The notes under the pieces: model-generated | Database searches by the model: none | Seen by the model: only the letters and a program-made list of their open reading frames with translations | Told to the model about the DNA's origin: nothing | Part shown: positions 27,924-37,178 of the stretch, piece by piece | Layout of the letters: each line of letters opens with the position of its first letter | Numbering within the stretch: position 1 is the stretch's first letter | Source of the DNA: a virus | IMG/VR virus record: IMGVR_UViG_3300020416_000002 | Direction: 5' to 3' (one strand) | Length of the DNA stretch: 64,000 bases | Made by a program: the position numbers and the translations under genes

Positions 27924-28785
27924 CATATCCAATACTATACCTAATATTAATGTAAATGGTAATTATATTAATGTTAGAGGTATTAGATTTATTAACCCAA
28001 GGATTAAAGAAATTAGTGATGTTCAAGTCAACACAAGCAGAATTTGGTTAACTGAACCTCCACAAGCAATACCTCCTGTAGTTCCTGTAACAGAAATTGT
28101 AGGTACTCCCATAGTCAACATGCCTGGTTGTGTCAAAGTGCATAAAGAAAATGCACAGAAAGATCCATCTAGGAATAAGATGTTGGTCAATGATGATCCA
28201 AAACAAAATGTGGTTCTGTGTGACAATGGCATGCCATACTATGAACCACCAGATTATGACTATAGAGAACTAACATGGACAACAGTTAATACCGAACCTG
28301 AAGAGGCAGAGGGAGTAAACACTGGTGAACCACCTGCACCAGAATTCAATAGTCCCGAACCTCCTAATACAGGTGGAGCAACTGCTAATACTATTGAGTG
28401 TCCTCCACCTAATGCAAGAAGAATTGGTGATCTATCACAAAATGGTGAAGAAAGAGTTAAAGAATATAAATTGACACCTGATGGTCTAATCTGTGAGACA
28501 ATTTGGGAACCTGTTCCCACAATGGATCAGTTCCTACCTTCAGTACCTGTAGTCAGCACTACGGCAACGATAGCTGCCGTGGCCACGACTTCGGCACTGT
28601 TAGCAAAACCTCTTGCTGATCTTCTTTTGAAGGTTGTAAAACCTGTTGTGAAGAAGACGATTGCGAAGGTAAAAGAGAAGTTCCTAGGGAAGATAGATCG
28701 TCGCCCGAATCGTTCTGAACGGATGTCTGATCAGTATCGGGAGAAGAAAGGACTTCCTCCTTTGAAGAAGAAGAGGGTGAAGTAG
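27907..28785 (+). CDS. conserved cyanophage hypothetical, Pro-rich, paired Cys, C-terminal anchor and basic tail
   Basis: PGCV...LCD...ECPPP...ICET; TTATIAAVATTSALLA. Confidence 0.75.
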   Translation: MPEINDISNTIPNINVNGNYINVRGIRFINPRIKEISDVQVNTSRIWLTEPPQAIPPVVPVTEIVGTPIVNMPGCVKVHKENAQKDPSRNKMLVNDDPKQNVVLCDNGMPYYEPPDYDYRELTWTTVNTEPEEAEGVNTGEPPAPEFNSPEPPNTGGATANTIECPPPNARRIGDLSQNGEERVKEYKLTPDGLICETIWEPVPTMDQFLPSVPVVSTTATIAAVATTSALLAKPLADLLLKVVKPVVKKTIAKVKEKFLGKIDRRPNRSERMSDQYREKKGLPPLKKKRVK

Positions 28786-29896
28786 ACCACTTAGGTTGAG
28801 GTAATTGATGTTCATGTGGAATAACTACACCACCTGGTTGAGTTACTACCACATCAGCACAAATAGCGTGGTAAGGAGAAGCAGGGTGGAAAAATATGCC
28901 CTGTTTTTTTAATTCTCCACAATTTTTTAACCTCGCGATCTCAAAATCTAATCTTTTATTAGCAGTGACTTGTTGTACAGATGCTATCTGTGCCTCTGCT
29001 GCCTGCTCACACTGGTCTCTTAGTTTTTTATTTAATGGTATGGATAAAGTAGCAGACAGTCCAGCATTAAATGACTGGTTTGCTCTCATGTCAGTCCTTA
29101 CTGGTTTATACCATGTTGGTGCCATGTTACCACCTGACACTGCATCAGGTATACCATCAGGACCATCTACATCAATTTCAATCTCAATACTTTCGCCATC
29201 CTCAAACCATCTACTACCATCATCTTTAGTTCTTGTGTCATACCATGACTCCCAAGGGTAGTTCTTTACTGTGACTGTTTGTTTAGTAGTCTTACCAGAC
29301 AAGTCAGTCATATTATATTGTGGTTCATTGTAGAAATCTTCCCAAGGATGTTTTCTACTGTCGGCAAACTGAATATATGGCGTAATGTTTAGTGTACTAC
29401 CTTGACACTGCACACCACCACCGTAGGTGTTAGTTATGTATGGACCTTGTAAAACTTGTATTGCCTGGTTGGTGACTGAGCCCGAACTATTCGCAATGGG
29501 ATTAGCTGTTGCACTTACACCCCCTACACCTTCCGCCATTGTGACAGGGACATGTGCAAGTTGAGTTAGACATAGTGCTATTGGGTAAAGGTACTTGTTG
29601 TGTCTGTTACGCTTTCTATTACCGTTGTTCTCTGGATTAGGGTTTGATTTGTCATACCTGGTCCAGAATAACTCTGTGAAAATTGGAAAGCCTGTCCTGG
29701 ACTGGACAGTGTGAAGTTGTTTTGACTTGATAGATCTAAGGCATCGAATGAAGAGGTTACCTGACCTGTCACGGCTGTGCCGTTTGTTGCCGTTGCTGAA
29801 GTGCTTGGCGTTACTGTTACTGTTGATGTGTTCACTGGGGGATTCAAAGGTTGACCGTTGTTGTCGATCCCTACCCCTGTCACTGAGTACTCCCAT
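28559..29896 (-). CDS. conserved cyanophage hypothetical, putative exported/outer-membrane protein (start uncertain: 29896 or 29539)
   Basis: GVSATANPIANSSGSVTNQAIQ; FNAGLSATLSIPL followed by a long helix. Confidence 0.7.
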   Translation of the reverse strand: MGVLSDRGRDRQQRSTFESPSEHINSNSNAKHFSNGNKRHSRDRSGNLFIRCLRSIKSKQLHTVQSRTGFPIFTELFWTRYDKSNPNPENNGNRKRNRHNKYLYPIALCLTQLAHVPVTMAEGVGGVSATANPIANSSGSVTNQAIQVLQGPYITNTYGGGVQCQGSTLNITPYIQFADSRKHPWEDFYNEPQYNMTDLSGKTTKQTVTVKNYPWESWYDTRTKDDGSRWFEDGESIEIEIDVDGPDGIPDAVSGGNMAPTWYKPVRTDMRANQSFNAGLSATLSIPLNKKLRDQCEQAAEAQIASVQQVTANKRLDFEIARLKNCGELKKQGIFFHPASPYHAICADVVVTQPGGVVIPHEHQLPQPKWSTSPSSSSKEEVLSSPDTDQTSVQNDSGDDLSSLGTSLLPSQSSSSQQVLQPSKEDQQEVLLTVPKSWPRQLSLP

Positions 29897-30054
29897 CCTG
29901 TTCTATAATCAATTGAATTTATTGTCTCCGTAACGGTAGATGTAGTTTCCGTGTGGCTCGTCATTGAGCCTTGTTGGAAATTTGGGACCACGGGCACCGC
30001 ATTAGCAGTACCCGTACTACCTAGTAAGACTATAATAGTTATAAGTCTTTTCAT
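29578..30054 (-). CDS. exported Thr/Ser-rich beta protein
   Basis: Sec signal MKRLITIIVLLGSTGTANA. Confidence 0.75.
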   Translation of the reverse strand: MKRLITIIVLLGSTGTANAVPVVPNFQQGSMTSHTETTSTVTETINSIDYRTGWEYSVTGVGIDNNGQPLNPPVNTSTVTVTPSTSATATNGTAVTGQVTSSFDALDLSSQNNFTLSSPGQAFQFSQSYSGPGMTNQTLIQRTTVIESVTDTTSTFTQ

Positions 30055-30063
30055 TAGGCATAT

Positions 30064-30579
30064 CTACTTCACGGTAAGTTCTGATACGAATTGTCCAGTA
30101 GCTGAAGTTCCAGCTCCACCAGCAGTGATTGTCATCACACCTGCAGAGGTGATTGTACCAGCTAATGTTCCTGCGACACCTCCCGATTGAGTGGTAACCT
30201 GTCCGTATGCAGGCATGTCTGCGACAATACCACTAGTGACATCTACACCTGTACCAATTGGATTTACAGCGTCCCCTGCAATGAAGGATTCAGAGAAGCT
30301 AAATGCAGATCCACTAGTATTTAATTCGTATGTGCCTTGGGTTTGTGTAGCTGCAGCTGCAGTTGAACTCTTAGTAATACCACCAAAAGTAGCAGAGTCC
30401 GATACCTTGATATTGTTGCCACTAACGGAATAAGTTGATCCCAGCCTTGTAGCTTGAGTCGCTGCTCCATCTACACTGAGTTGTGTGCTAGTCGTCAATC
30501 GATGCACCAAGTCGGCATTTGCAGGAGCTCCAAGAAGACCTGCACTTGCAAGCATAATCAATGAAAAAATTCTTTTCAT
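30064..30579 (-). CDS. exported Thr/Ser/Gly-rich beta protein
   Basis: Sec signal MKRIFSLIMLASAGLLGAPANA; shares an AFxFSxS motif with its neighbour. Confidence 0.75.
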   Translation of the reverse strand: MKRIFSLIMLASAGLLGAPANADLVHRLTTSTQLSVDGAATQATRLGSTYSVSGNNIKVSDSATFGGITKSSTAAAATQTQGTYELNTSGSAFSFSESFIAGDAVNPIGTGVDVTSGIVADMPAYGQVTTQSGGVAGTLAGTITSAGVMTITAGGAGTSATGQFVSELTVK

Positions 30580-30634
30580 TTGACAGTATTAGACTATGTA
30601 CAGTATATATATCTAAAAAAATCTTAATTTATTA

Positions 30635-30973
30635 TTAAACCTTAAAAGGCACTGACTCACTAGGTTCTAGCATTTCATCTAGTGGTTCAAAAGGTAGTCT
30701 CTCCTTTGCTTTTGGTAGTCCTTGTTGACCAGGCAATTCATCTACACCCTTTGCAGTAGTATCAATTACTTGATCTAGAATAGGTGCATTAATTTTTTTG
30801 TAGTAAAGGTTCTTCCTATCTGCTACGATAGAACAAGTTCTATTCAATTCAACAAGTTCTCGTGCGTGTTTCTCCCATCCACAGTCACAATACTGTTCAC
30901 CTTTCTCTGTATATACCCTATAAAATGGATACATGTGATAAGGAATAGTTCCTCTTTTTGGTTCGTTAGTCAT
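30635..30973 (-). CDS. hypothetical protein
   Basis: ORF track. Confidence 0.6.
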   Translation of the reverse strand: MTNEPKRGTIPYHMYPFYRVYTEKGEQYCDCGWEKHARELVELNRTCSIVADRKNLYYKKINAPILDQVIDTTAKGVDELPGQQGLPKAKERLPFEPLDEMLEPSESVPFKV

Positions 30974-31073
30974 CCAAATGTACTCGCGTTGTAATGTTTT
31001 CTAATAGGGGCATAAACAATTTTTTGTTTCTTTGTAACTACCTTGTAAATTCTGAGTAATAGATCTGTCTTCA

Positions 31074-31265
31074 TCACTTACCGACCCCCATGGGGTCATC
31101 CGCTTGTGCCTCTAGTTTAGAAATATCAGGGTGTTTTGCATACAGCGGACCTTGATAATCTCCAGCATATGCAGGGTTGTTAAGTTTGTGAATTGCCTTT
31201 GATGCCTCAGGAGTTTCTTCCCACTCCCAAGTCTCTCCTTTGCTGCTGACGAATTGCCGTTTCAT
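31074..31265 (-). CDS. hypothetical protein
   Basis: ORF track. Confidence 0.55.
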   Translation of the reverse strand: MKRQFVSSKGETWEWEETPEASKAIHKLNNPAYAGDYQGPLYAKHPDISKLEAQADDPMGVGK

Positions 31266-31373
31266 AAATCAAATTCCTTGTGTAATGCGATAAAATCAGA
31301 CCAATCCTCTTCCTCTTCTATAATTTCTTGGATAGTTTGAGAGTATTGATCCTCATAGTCTAAACCATCATCC

Positions 31374-31685
31374 TCATTTTCTGGAGGATTTTGTGACTTT
31401 AATTTCTTCATAAAAGATGTCCTCTGGATCAAGAACCGTTTTGCAGAATTCTACTACATTGATGAACTCTTGTGTTCCATCACATTCTACCACTTTTTCA
31501 TCACCATCCGAAGAAATACAAACGATTGTCCGCTTCCCAAGGTTGATGACAACTCGTGAGATGTATTCATCGTCTGGGTTGTTCATACTGTGCCTTAACC
31601 ATATTCTATTATTGTAACAGGAGAGTATCATGGTGTCAACCCCAGAGCTGTTACAACTATATATGATACCAAAACGATAGAACAA
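31374..31685 (-). CDS. conserved cyanophage hypothetical (likely start MNNPDDEY)
   Basis: SSDGDEKVVECD...F motif; TTGACA/TACAAT promoter overlaps the annotated N-terminus. Confidence 0.65.
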   Translation of the reverse strand: MFYRFGIIYSCNSSGVDTMILSCYNNRIWLRHSMNNPDDEYISRVVINLGKRTIVCISSDGDEKVVECDGTQEFINVVEFCKTVLDPEDIFYEEIKVTKSSRK

Positions 31686-32169
31686 ATCTCTCAGATCCCT
31701 CTACCTTATTAACATAGTGTAGGTTTTCTGAATTCTTAAAAATAAAAAGTCTGCCTGGTTTTGGTTCAACGAATATGTCTTTAAATATCAAATTACCGCC
31801 AGTAAATCCATCATTTAAATATAACATCGCTGCAAGAACATTTTGTTTGTGTCCTGTATTACTATCTACATGAGGTTTCATCCATGTATCTACTGGCCAT
31901 CTGACAATACCAGCATATTCTAAAGTACACTCTTGAAAAGTTTGTACCTTAGCATTAACAGCAAGTACAACTGGATCATCTTCCTCTGGTGTAACTGGAT
32001 CTACTGAGTTACCCCAGTACATAGCACCATGATCTATCCACTCACCCTCAAATGGTTCATAGGTATGATTTAGTGAGCGAGTAGATCCTTTGTTGGCAAG
32101 AGCGTAATCAATTAGTCTTTGACACTCACTCTCACTAATAAACTCGTCCTCAGTATAAGGTAAACTCAT
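31657..32169 (-). CDS. 2OG-Fe(II) oxygenase (prolyl-4-hydroxylase-like)
   Basis: PHVD, LYLNDGFTGG, PKPGRLFIF, HYVNKV, R. Confidence 0.88.
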   Translation of the reverse strand: MSLPYTEDEFISESECQRLIDYALANKGSTRSLNHTYEPFEGEWIDHGAMYWGNSVDPVTPEEDDPVVLAVNAKVQTFQECTLEYAGIVRWPVDTWMKPHVDSNTGHKQNVLAAMLYLNDGFTGGNLIFKDIFVEPKPGRLFIFKNSENLHYVNKVEGSERFVLSFWYHI

Positions 32170-33020
32170 TTTGTTTTAGTATTTGGAGGACCAGCAAAAT
32201 CGGGGTGATCATATCTGCGATTCTCAAAGTCATCAGAATAATGATGTGGATCAGGATAGTCTTTCCAACTATCACCTTCGTATTCAGTAATCAATGGATT
32301 GATATCTTTTCTCTCTGCGTATACATGATAGAAACAATCAATTTCTTTATCCTCTTTGCCATGTCCTCTATGAATCGTAATCATTTTATTATCAAACTCT
32401 TTGACATATAATTTCTGACATGTACCAATAGGAGTTAGTTGTACTGTAATACTATCTTCATGCACCAGATCAGTCCAGTAATATGGAAGTAAAATAGTAT
32501 TTGATCCTTTTAATCTACCACGATAGTATACTGCAACCTCTGGTCCTTCAATACATGCGTATCTAAGTCTATGCCCTTCTCCTCTAGTAGGATGAACTAA
32601 GTCAAATGGTTTTGGTGATGCGTCTGCTGCGTTAAATCTAGATGATAGGTCACCAATATTACCATGATCAAAAAATGCGTTACCACCTACCTGTAGAGGA
32701 TAACTGCTAGTCCCTTTAATAAAGGTATCACCCATAATATCTGCACTCTTACAGACATATAATTCTTCTTCAATCTGTGTCTGTTGTAATGTAGTGATGC
32801 CTGGTCTTACTAGAAGATTACCAGTGTAAATTCTAACACTACCATGAGTAATTTCAATGTCAGTATTTTTATCAGGAGTTCCTAAGACATCAACAAAACT
32901 ACCAATGAGAGTAGGATCCTCACTATAATTTAAATTGTCTTGATATTTGTAGGGTTTATTTGCAACATCTTGTTTGACATTACAATTAAAATTAGTGGGA
33001 TTAGATTCAGAGGCTGACAT
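32166..33020 (-). CDS. baseplate spike-associated protein (gp5 C-terminal-like)
   Basis: KPFDLVHP...LRYACIEGPEVAVYYRG domain; position after gp5-like genes. Confidence 0.6.
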   Translation of the reverse strand: MSASESNPTNFNCNVKQDVANKPYKYQDNLNYSEDPTLIGSFVDVLGTPDKNTDIEITHGSVRIYTGNLLVRPGITTLQQTQIEEELYVCKSADIMGDTFIKGTSSYPLQVGGNAFFDHGNIGDLSSRFNAADASPKPFDLVHPTRGEGHRLRYACIEGPEVAVYYRGRLKGSNTILLPYYWTDLVHEDSITVQLTPIGTCQKLYVKEFDNKMITIHRGHGKEDKEIDCFYHVYAERKDINPLITEYEGDSWKDYPDPHHYSDDFENRRYDHPDFAGPPNTKTK

Positions 33021-33025
33021 GATTT

Positions 33026-34357
33026 TTAAGTGTTAAATGTTTTGTTGACGAGACCAGAGATCATACCACCCTCTAATAGAGTTTTAGCAGCATTTGATGC
33101 AAGATCATCTAAGGCACCCTCACCAAGTGCTCTTTGAATATCTTTTTGTGCCTCTTCAGCAGCTAAAGATACAGCAGATAAAGTTTCGGAGTTCAATTTT
33201 TCTGAAAGATTTTTCTTGATAGCAGCAACCTGATCAATCTTAAATCCTTTAGGAACAAGAGAATCCATGACAGCAAGTTGGTCACTAGTCTTAGCACCAA
33301 CAGTAGCAGCAGCACCTTTACCAAGAAGTCCAGATGCAATTTGATCTTTGACACCAGTGAGAGAGTGACCACCTGATATGACACCAAAGGAAGATTTGGC
33401 AGCACTGGTGAGTGATCCAATATCTCCTCCTGCAATTTTACCTATAGAACCAATAGAACTTAGTGCAGAGTTGTTACCCAATAAAGAAGATGCATTAGCA
33501 GTTATACTTGAGGGATCTCCAATAATACCACTTGCTTTGTCAACTAAACTGCTAAGTCCACCAAAACCAGATCCTCCTGTAACCTTTCCAAGAGCACCAC
33601 TAATTGATTCTGGGATAGCATTGGCACCCTCACCAGAAATAAAGTTTGTAAGATCCTCCAGTGGTCCTTTTAATCCAAGAGCAGCTTCCTCAACTGCTTT
33701 TTCAATTGCCTCGATACCACCAATATCGGGATTATTAATACCAAGATCTTGTAAACTTAAACCTAAACCCTTAGCAGCAGCACCTGCAACACCACCATCT
33801 CCAAGAGGACCAGCACCTAAAGATGTTGCTTGAGTTGCAATATCAAAGAATTTGGCAATAGTATCATCAGGAACAAAACTATTAGCAAGAACCTTGGCAC
33901 CCCATGATTTAGGTACTAAGTTTCCTTTCTTACCATATGATGATACAGTGTTTGATTTTAATAAGATACGACCAGTGGTTGCCTTCATGTTAATATTTCT
34001 ACCAGCATCCAGATCAATATCTCTTTCTGCATGTACTGCAATATCTTTTGCATTAACACGAACTCTACCTCTATCAGCATTGATAGTGATATCTCCTGTA
34101 GCAGCACTTACTCTAATGTCAACACTATTAGGATTATTCTTATCTCCTGCTCTAATTTCAATAGACTTGTCACATGCCACACGACCTAATCCAGATCCAT
34201 GACCATGAGTAATCAAGAACACCTCTTGATTATCATTCACTGCATATATTTTAAATGTTTCTGCACCATCCCTACCAATTAGAGGAGAACCAGATTCAAT
34301 ACGAAAATGAGATCCTCTAGAATCAATAACTCTCCTGCCCCAGTTCTTAGTAGTCAT
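33026..34357 (-). CDS. gp5-like beta-helix spike protein with Gly/Ser/Ala-rich tail
   Basis: GDITINA/DIDLDAGRNINMKA octapeptide periodicity. Confidence 0.6.
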   Translation of the reverse strand: MTTKNWGRRVIDSRGSHFRIESGSPLIGRDGAETFKIYAVNDNQEVFLITHGHGSGLGRVACDKSIEIRAGDKNNPNSVDIRVSAATGDITINADRGRVRVNAKDIAVHAERDIDLDAGRNINMKATTGRILLKSNTVSSYGKKGNLVPKSWGAKVLANSFVPDDTIAKFFDIATQATSLGAGPLGDGGVAGAAAKGLGLSLQDLGINNPDIGGIEAIEKAVEEAALGLKGPLEDLTNFISGEGANAIPESISGALGKVTGGSGFGGLSSLVDKASGIIGDPSSITANASSLLGNNSALSSIGSIGKIAGGDIGSLTSAAKSSFGVISGGHSLTGVKDQIASGLLGKGAAATVGAKTSDQLAVMDSLVPKGFKIDQVAAIKKNLSEKLNSETLSAVSLAAEEAQKDIQRALGEGALDDLASNAAKTLLEGGMISGLVNKTFNT

Positions 34358-36909
34358 TAGTATCCATATCCTCCGCTATCGACAGATCCACTTGAGTTGT
34401 TATCAGATGAGTCATCCATATCCAATACACTAGTTGTGTTGTCAGTATCTGTATTTGGTGGTGGTGTTGATGATGTAGGTCTCAAATCTCTTCTCGGTAA
34501 GTCAGTGGCAGAGTTATCAACCTGTGGTAATGGTGTCTCTGGAGTTTTCATGATGTTTAATTTACCACTTCCTCGTACACAGTCTACCACAGTAAGAACT
34601 CCTTGCTGTCTTTCTTCAGGAATAGGACCGAAGATTGGTCTAAGTATTGCACCTTCACCAGTCTTTGTTTTAATTGTGAAGATTGGTTGAGATTCAAATT
34701 TAAGGATATTTAATACCTTAACAGAATTTATACCACCAGTAACAGGATCAATAACTAATTCATATGTAGGTTTGTTAGAAACATTTATTAGAAGATCTGT
34801 CTCTGGAACTAAACCTGCTCCAGCACTAACAACATTAGAAGGGATAGGTTCTCCCGTTGCAGGATCAAATTGTTGTTCTTCATCAACAGTGTCTTGAGTA
34901 TCAGGGTCACGGAATCCTCCTCCTTTTGGAACAATTGTAATTAGGTTTTCTTCGATGATACTATCACCAGGCGTATAACCAGTGCCAGGATCCTGTACGA
35001 ATACAGTAGTCACACCAACATTATCATCAATAGCACCCTCTTCTACAATTGGGTACCCTTCACCAGTGCTTGTAATAACAACACCAACAATCTGACCATT
35101 TTCATCAATGATTGCTTCACCATGAGCACCATATCCCTTACCACACTTATCAGCAAAACTAATAGCGGGAGGTGTTCTATAATTTCTGCCAGGCACAGTA
35201 ATGTTAGCACCAATAATGCCTGCAGTTCTACTTACACTATCAGCAAGAGTAGTTAATCCTGGCGTATTCTCAATAAAGTTACCAAGAACAACATTACCAA
35301 TTGCTCCTATACCACCTCCACCAAATATTTGCATAGTGGGGTTACCACAATTCTGCTTACCACCAGTACAAGATCCACCACTACTTAGATCATCAATTAG
35401 TCCAGATATTCTACCAACACTACCAAGACTATTTGTAACTCCAGATGGTATTAAGTTGCCAAACTTACTCTTAACTAAACCACCAACAAGAGCACTAGGA
35501 TTTTGTACAGCATCAACAATGCCACCAATACCATCAGTAATTCCACCAAGTCCATCGGCAAGTGAATCAATTTGATTTGCAATTCCTGCAAGACCTTTAG
35601 TACCACCACCTTTAGATTGTTTGTTCATGGCATAGGAAACATATGCGAAAGGATCTGCCCCTTTCTCCATAGGACCACCAGAGACTTCATACTTTCTTAT
35701 GGGAGGACACTTATCTTTATTTGTTTGTCCGCAATCTAGAAATCCTCCAAAATCTTCAATAGCTAATGCTGAACCCCTTAGGAGATCCCCTATGTCAAAT
35801 CCATCCAAGATATTAGAAAGATCTGCTAAAGGTAACTTCATAGCATCAGCAATATTATTAGTAATATTATTCAAAAAGTTAGCAGCAAAGTTAGTAGTAA
35901 CACAACCAGCAAGACCAAGACCAGATGCTAACAAATCCTTCAACATGTCAGAAACTGTTCCTCTCAATCCTTCAACTACCTTGTTAGCTACACATGATAA
36001 AGCGTTCTCTGCGTTCTTAATTTTAGGTATCTCACCAATTTGAGCTGCTCTACCAGCAGCGTGTGCAACTGCATATGATTGTGGTGAGTTGCCAGTTTGT
36101 GCAAATACTTTACCAAAAGTGTCATTATATAATTTCTCCAATCCATCTTGTAATTTTCCTTCTAACTCATCATATGCAAAGTCAAACATTCGTCCAACAA
36201 ATGCATTACTCTGAGTTTCTATTAAGTCAGCAACAGCATCGATCTCTGCCTCTAATGCCATCCCAGTCAATTTGAATTGATCTATTCTATCTGCCATATT
36301 CTCAAGGGCAGTAGACATTCTTGATATAGGAGTTGGACTACATGTGTCTGGAGTAATTTCTTTACGACCAGATCCATTTTGATCTACAAAGGTGCCTTCA
36401 TTAGCACTAGTATTTGTTATCTGTGACTCAGCGTTTTGTTCTCCTGTTTCTTTTTGTTTTATTTTATCAAATGCAGGAGTAACTTCTGTGAATCCTGTAA
36501 ATGGTACAAATGGGGTAGAAAATTCTTCAGTTCCTTGATTTATCTCAACACCAGTTGCTCTACCAAAATGACCTAAAATTGCAGGTATTTGTGCATCATC
36601 ACCATCTAAAAAGAATCCAAATACAATGTCACCCTGTTGTAGTTGAGTTGATTTTGAATAGTTTGCGGAACCACTACCTACAGTGGTAGGCAACAAACAT
36701 ATTGCCCAAGGGAGATCCTCATTAGGGATACCTGGCGATTCAGTAAATGGATGATAACCCATGATACGAACCTTGTATCTAGATGCCCACCCTTCACCAT
36801 CATTGATTTGATCAGGTTGAGCATCCCTAGGAGCAACCTGACCAATCCACCAACGGAAACCGTCTCGGCCTAAAAATTTTGCTTTACCTAAAACATCTGT
36901 TTCTAACAT
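34357..36909 (-). CDS. gp5: baseplate hub subunit gp5 (OB-fold N-terminus)
   Basis: DGFRWWIGQV, RYKVRIMGYHP, LPWA, GDIVFGFFLDG. Confidence 0.85.
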   Translation of the reverse strand: MLETDVLGKAKFLGRDGFRWWIGQVAPRDAQPDQINDGEGWASRYKVRIMGYHPFTESPGIPNEDLPWAICLLPTTVGSGSANYSKSTQLQQGDIVFGFFLDGDDAQIPAILGHFGRATGVEINQGTEEFSTPFVPFTGFTEVTPAFDKIKQKETGEQNAESQITNTSANEGTFVDQNGSGRKEITPDTCSPTPISRMSTALENMADRIDQFKLTGMALEAEIDAVADLIETQSNAFVGRMFDFAYDELEGKLQDGLEKLYNDTFGKVFAQTGNSPQSYAVAHAAGRAAQIGEIPKIKNAENALSCVANKVVEGLRGTVSDMLKDLLASGLGLAGCVTTNFAANFLNNITNNIADAMKLPLADLSNILDGFDIGDLLRGSALAIEDFGGFLDCGQTNKDKCPPIRKYEVSGGPMEKGADPFAYVSYAMNKQSKGGGTKGLAGIANQIDSLADGLGGITDGIGGIVDAVQNPSALVGGLVKSKFGNLIPSGVTNSLGSVGRISGLIDDLSSGGSCTGGKQNCGNPTMQIFGGGGIGAIGNVVLGNFIENTPGLTTLADSVSRTAGIIGANITVPGRNYRTPPAISFADKCGKGYGAHGEAIIDENGQIVGVVITSTGEGYPIVEEGAIDDNVGVTTVFVQDPGTGYTPGDSIIEENLITIVPKGGGFRDPDTQDTVDEEQQFDPATGEPIPSNVVSAGAGLVPETDLLINVSNKPTYELVIDPVTGGINSVKVLNILKFESQPIFTIKTKTGEGAILRPIFGPIPEERQQGVLTVVDCVRGSGKLNIMKTPETPLPQVDNSATDLPRRDLRPTSSTPPPNTDTDNTTSVLDMDDSSDNNSSGSVDSGGYGY

Positions 36910-37169
36910 CAGTCGTCGTATACTCTACACTCAAAAGCGTCTGGATGATTGTCACAATAAATTTCTAATACTTGATCACTATGTCTATTATGCCAATCGT
37001 CAATTCTAGCATCATTAGGAGAAATTTTTTCACCTTCATGCTTATCCATAAATCCATGCAATTTTAAATCTTCTGGAGTATACTCAAGCATACCATGATT
37101 GACATGTTCTTTCCCATCTTTAGGATCAATATACTCGTGAATGTGTTTTTCTGATTGATTGCAAGTCAT
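36909..37169 (-). CDS. cp12: CP12-domain protein with atypical His-rich N-terminus
   Basis: C-terminal LEIYCDNHPDAFECRVYDD is the CP12 C-terminal disulfide loop. Confidence 0.7.
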   Translation of the reverse strand: MTCNQSEKHIHEYIDPKDGKEHVNHGMLEYTPEDLKLHGFMDKHEGEKISPNDARIDDWHNRHSDQVLEIYCDNHPDAFECRVYDD

Positions 37170-37178
37170 AGAACCTCT

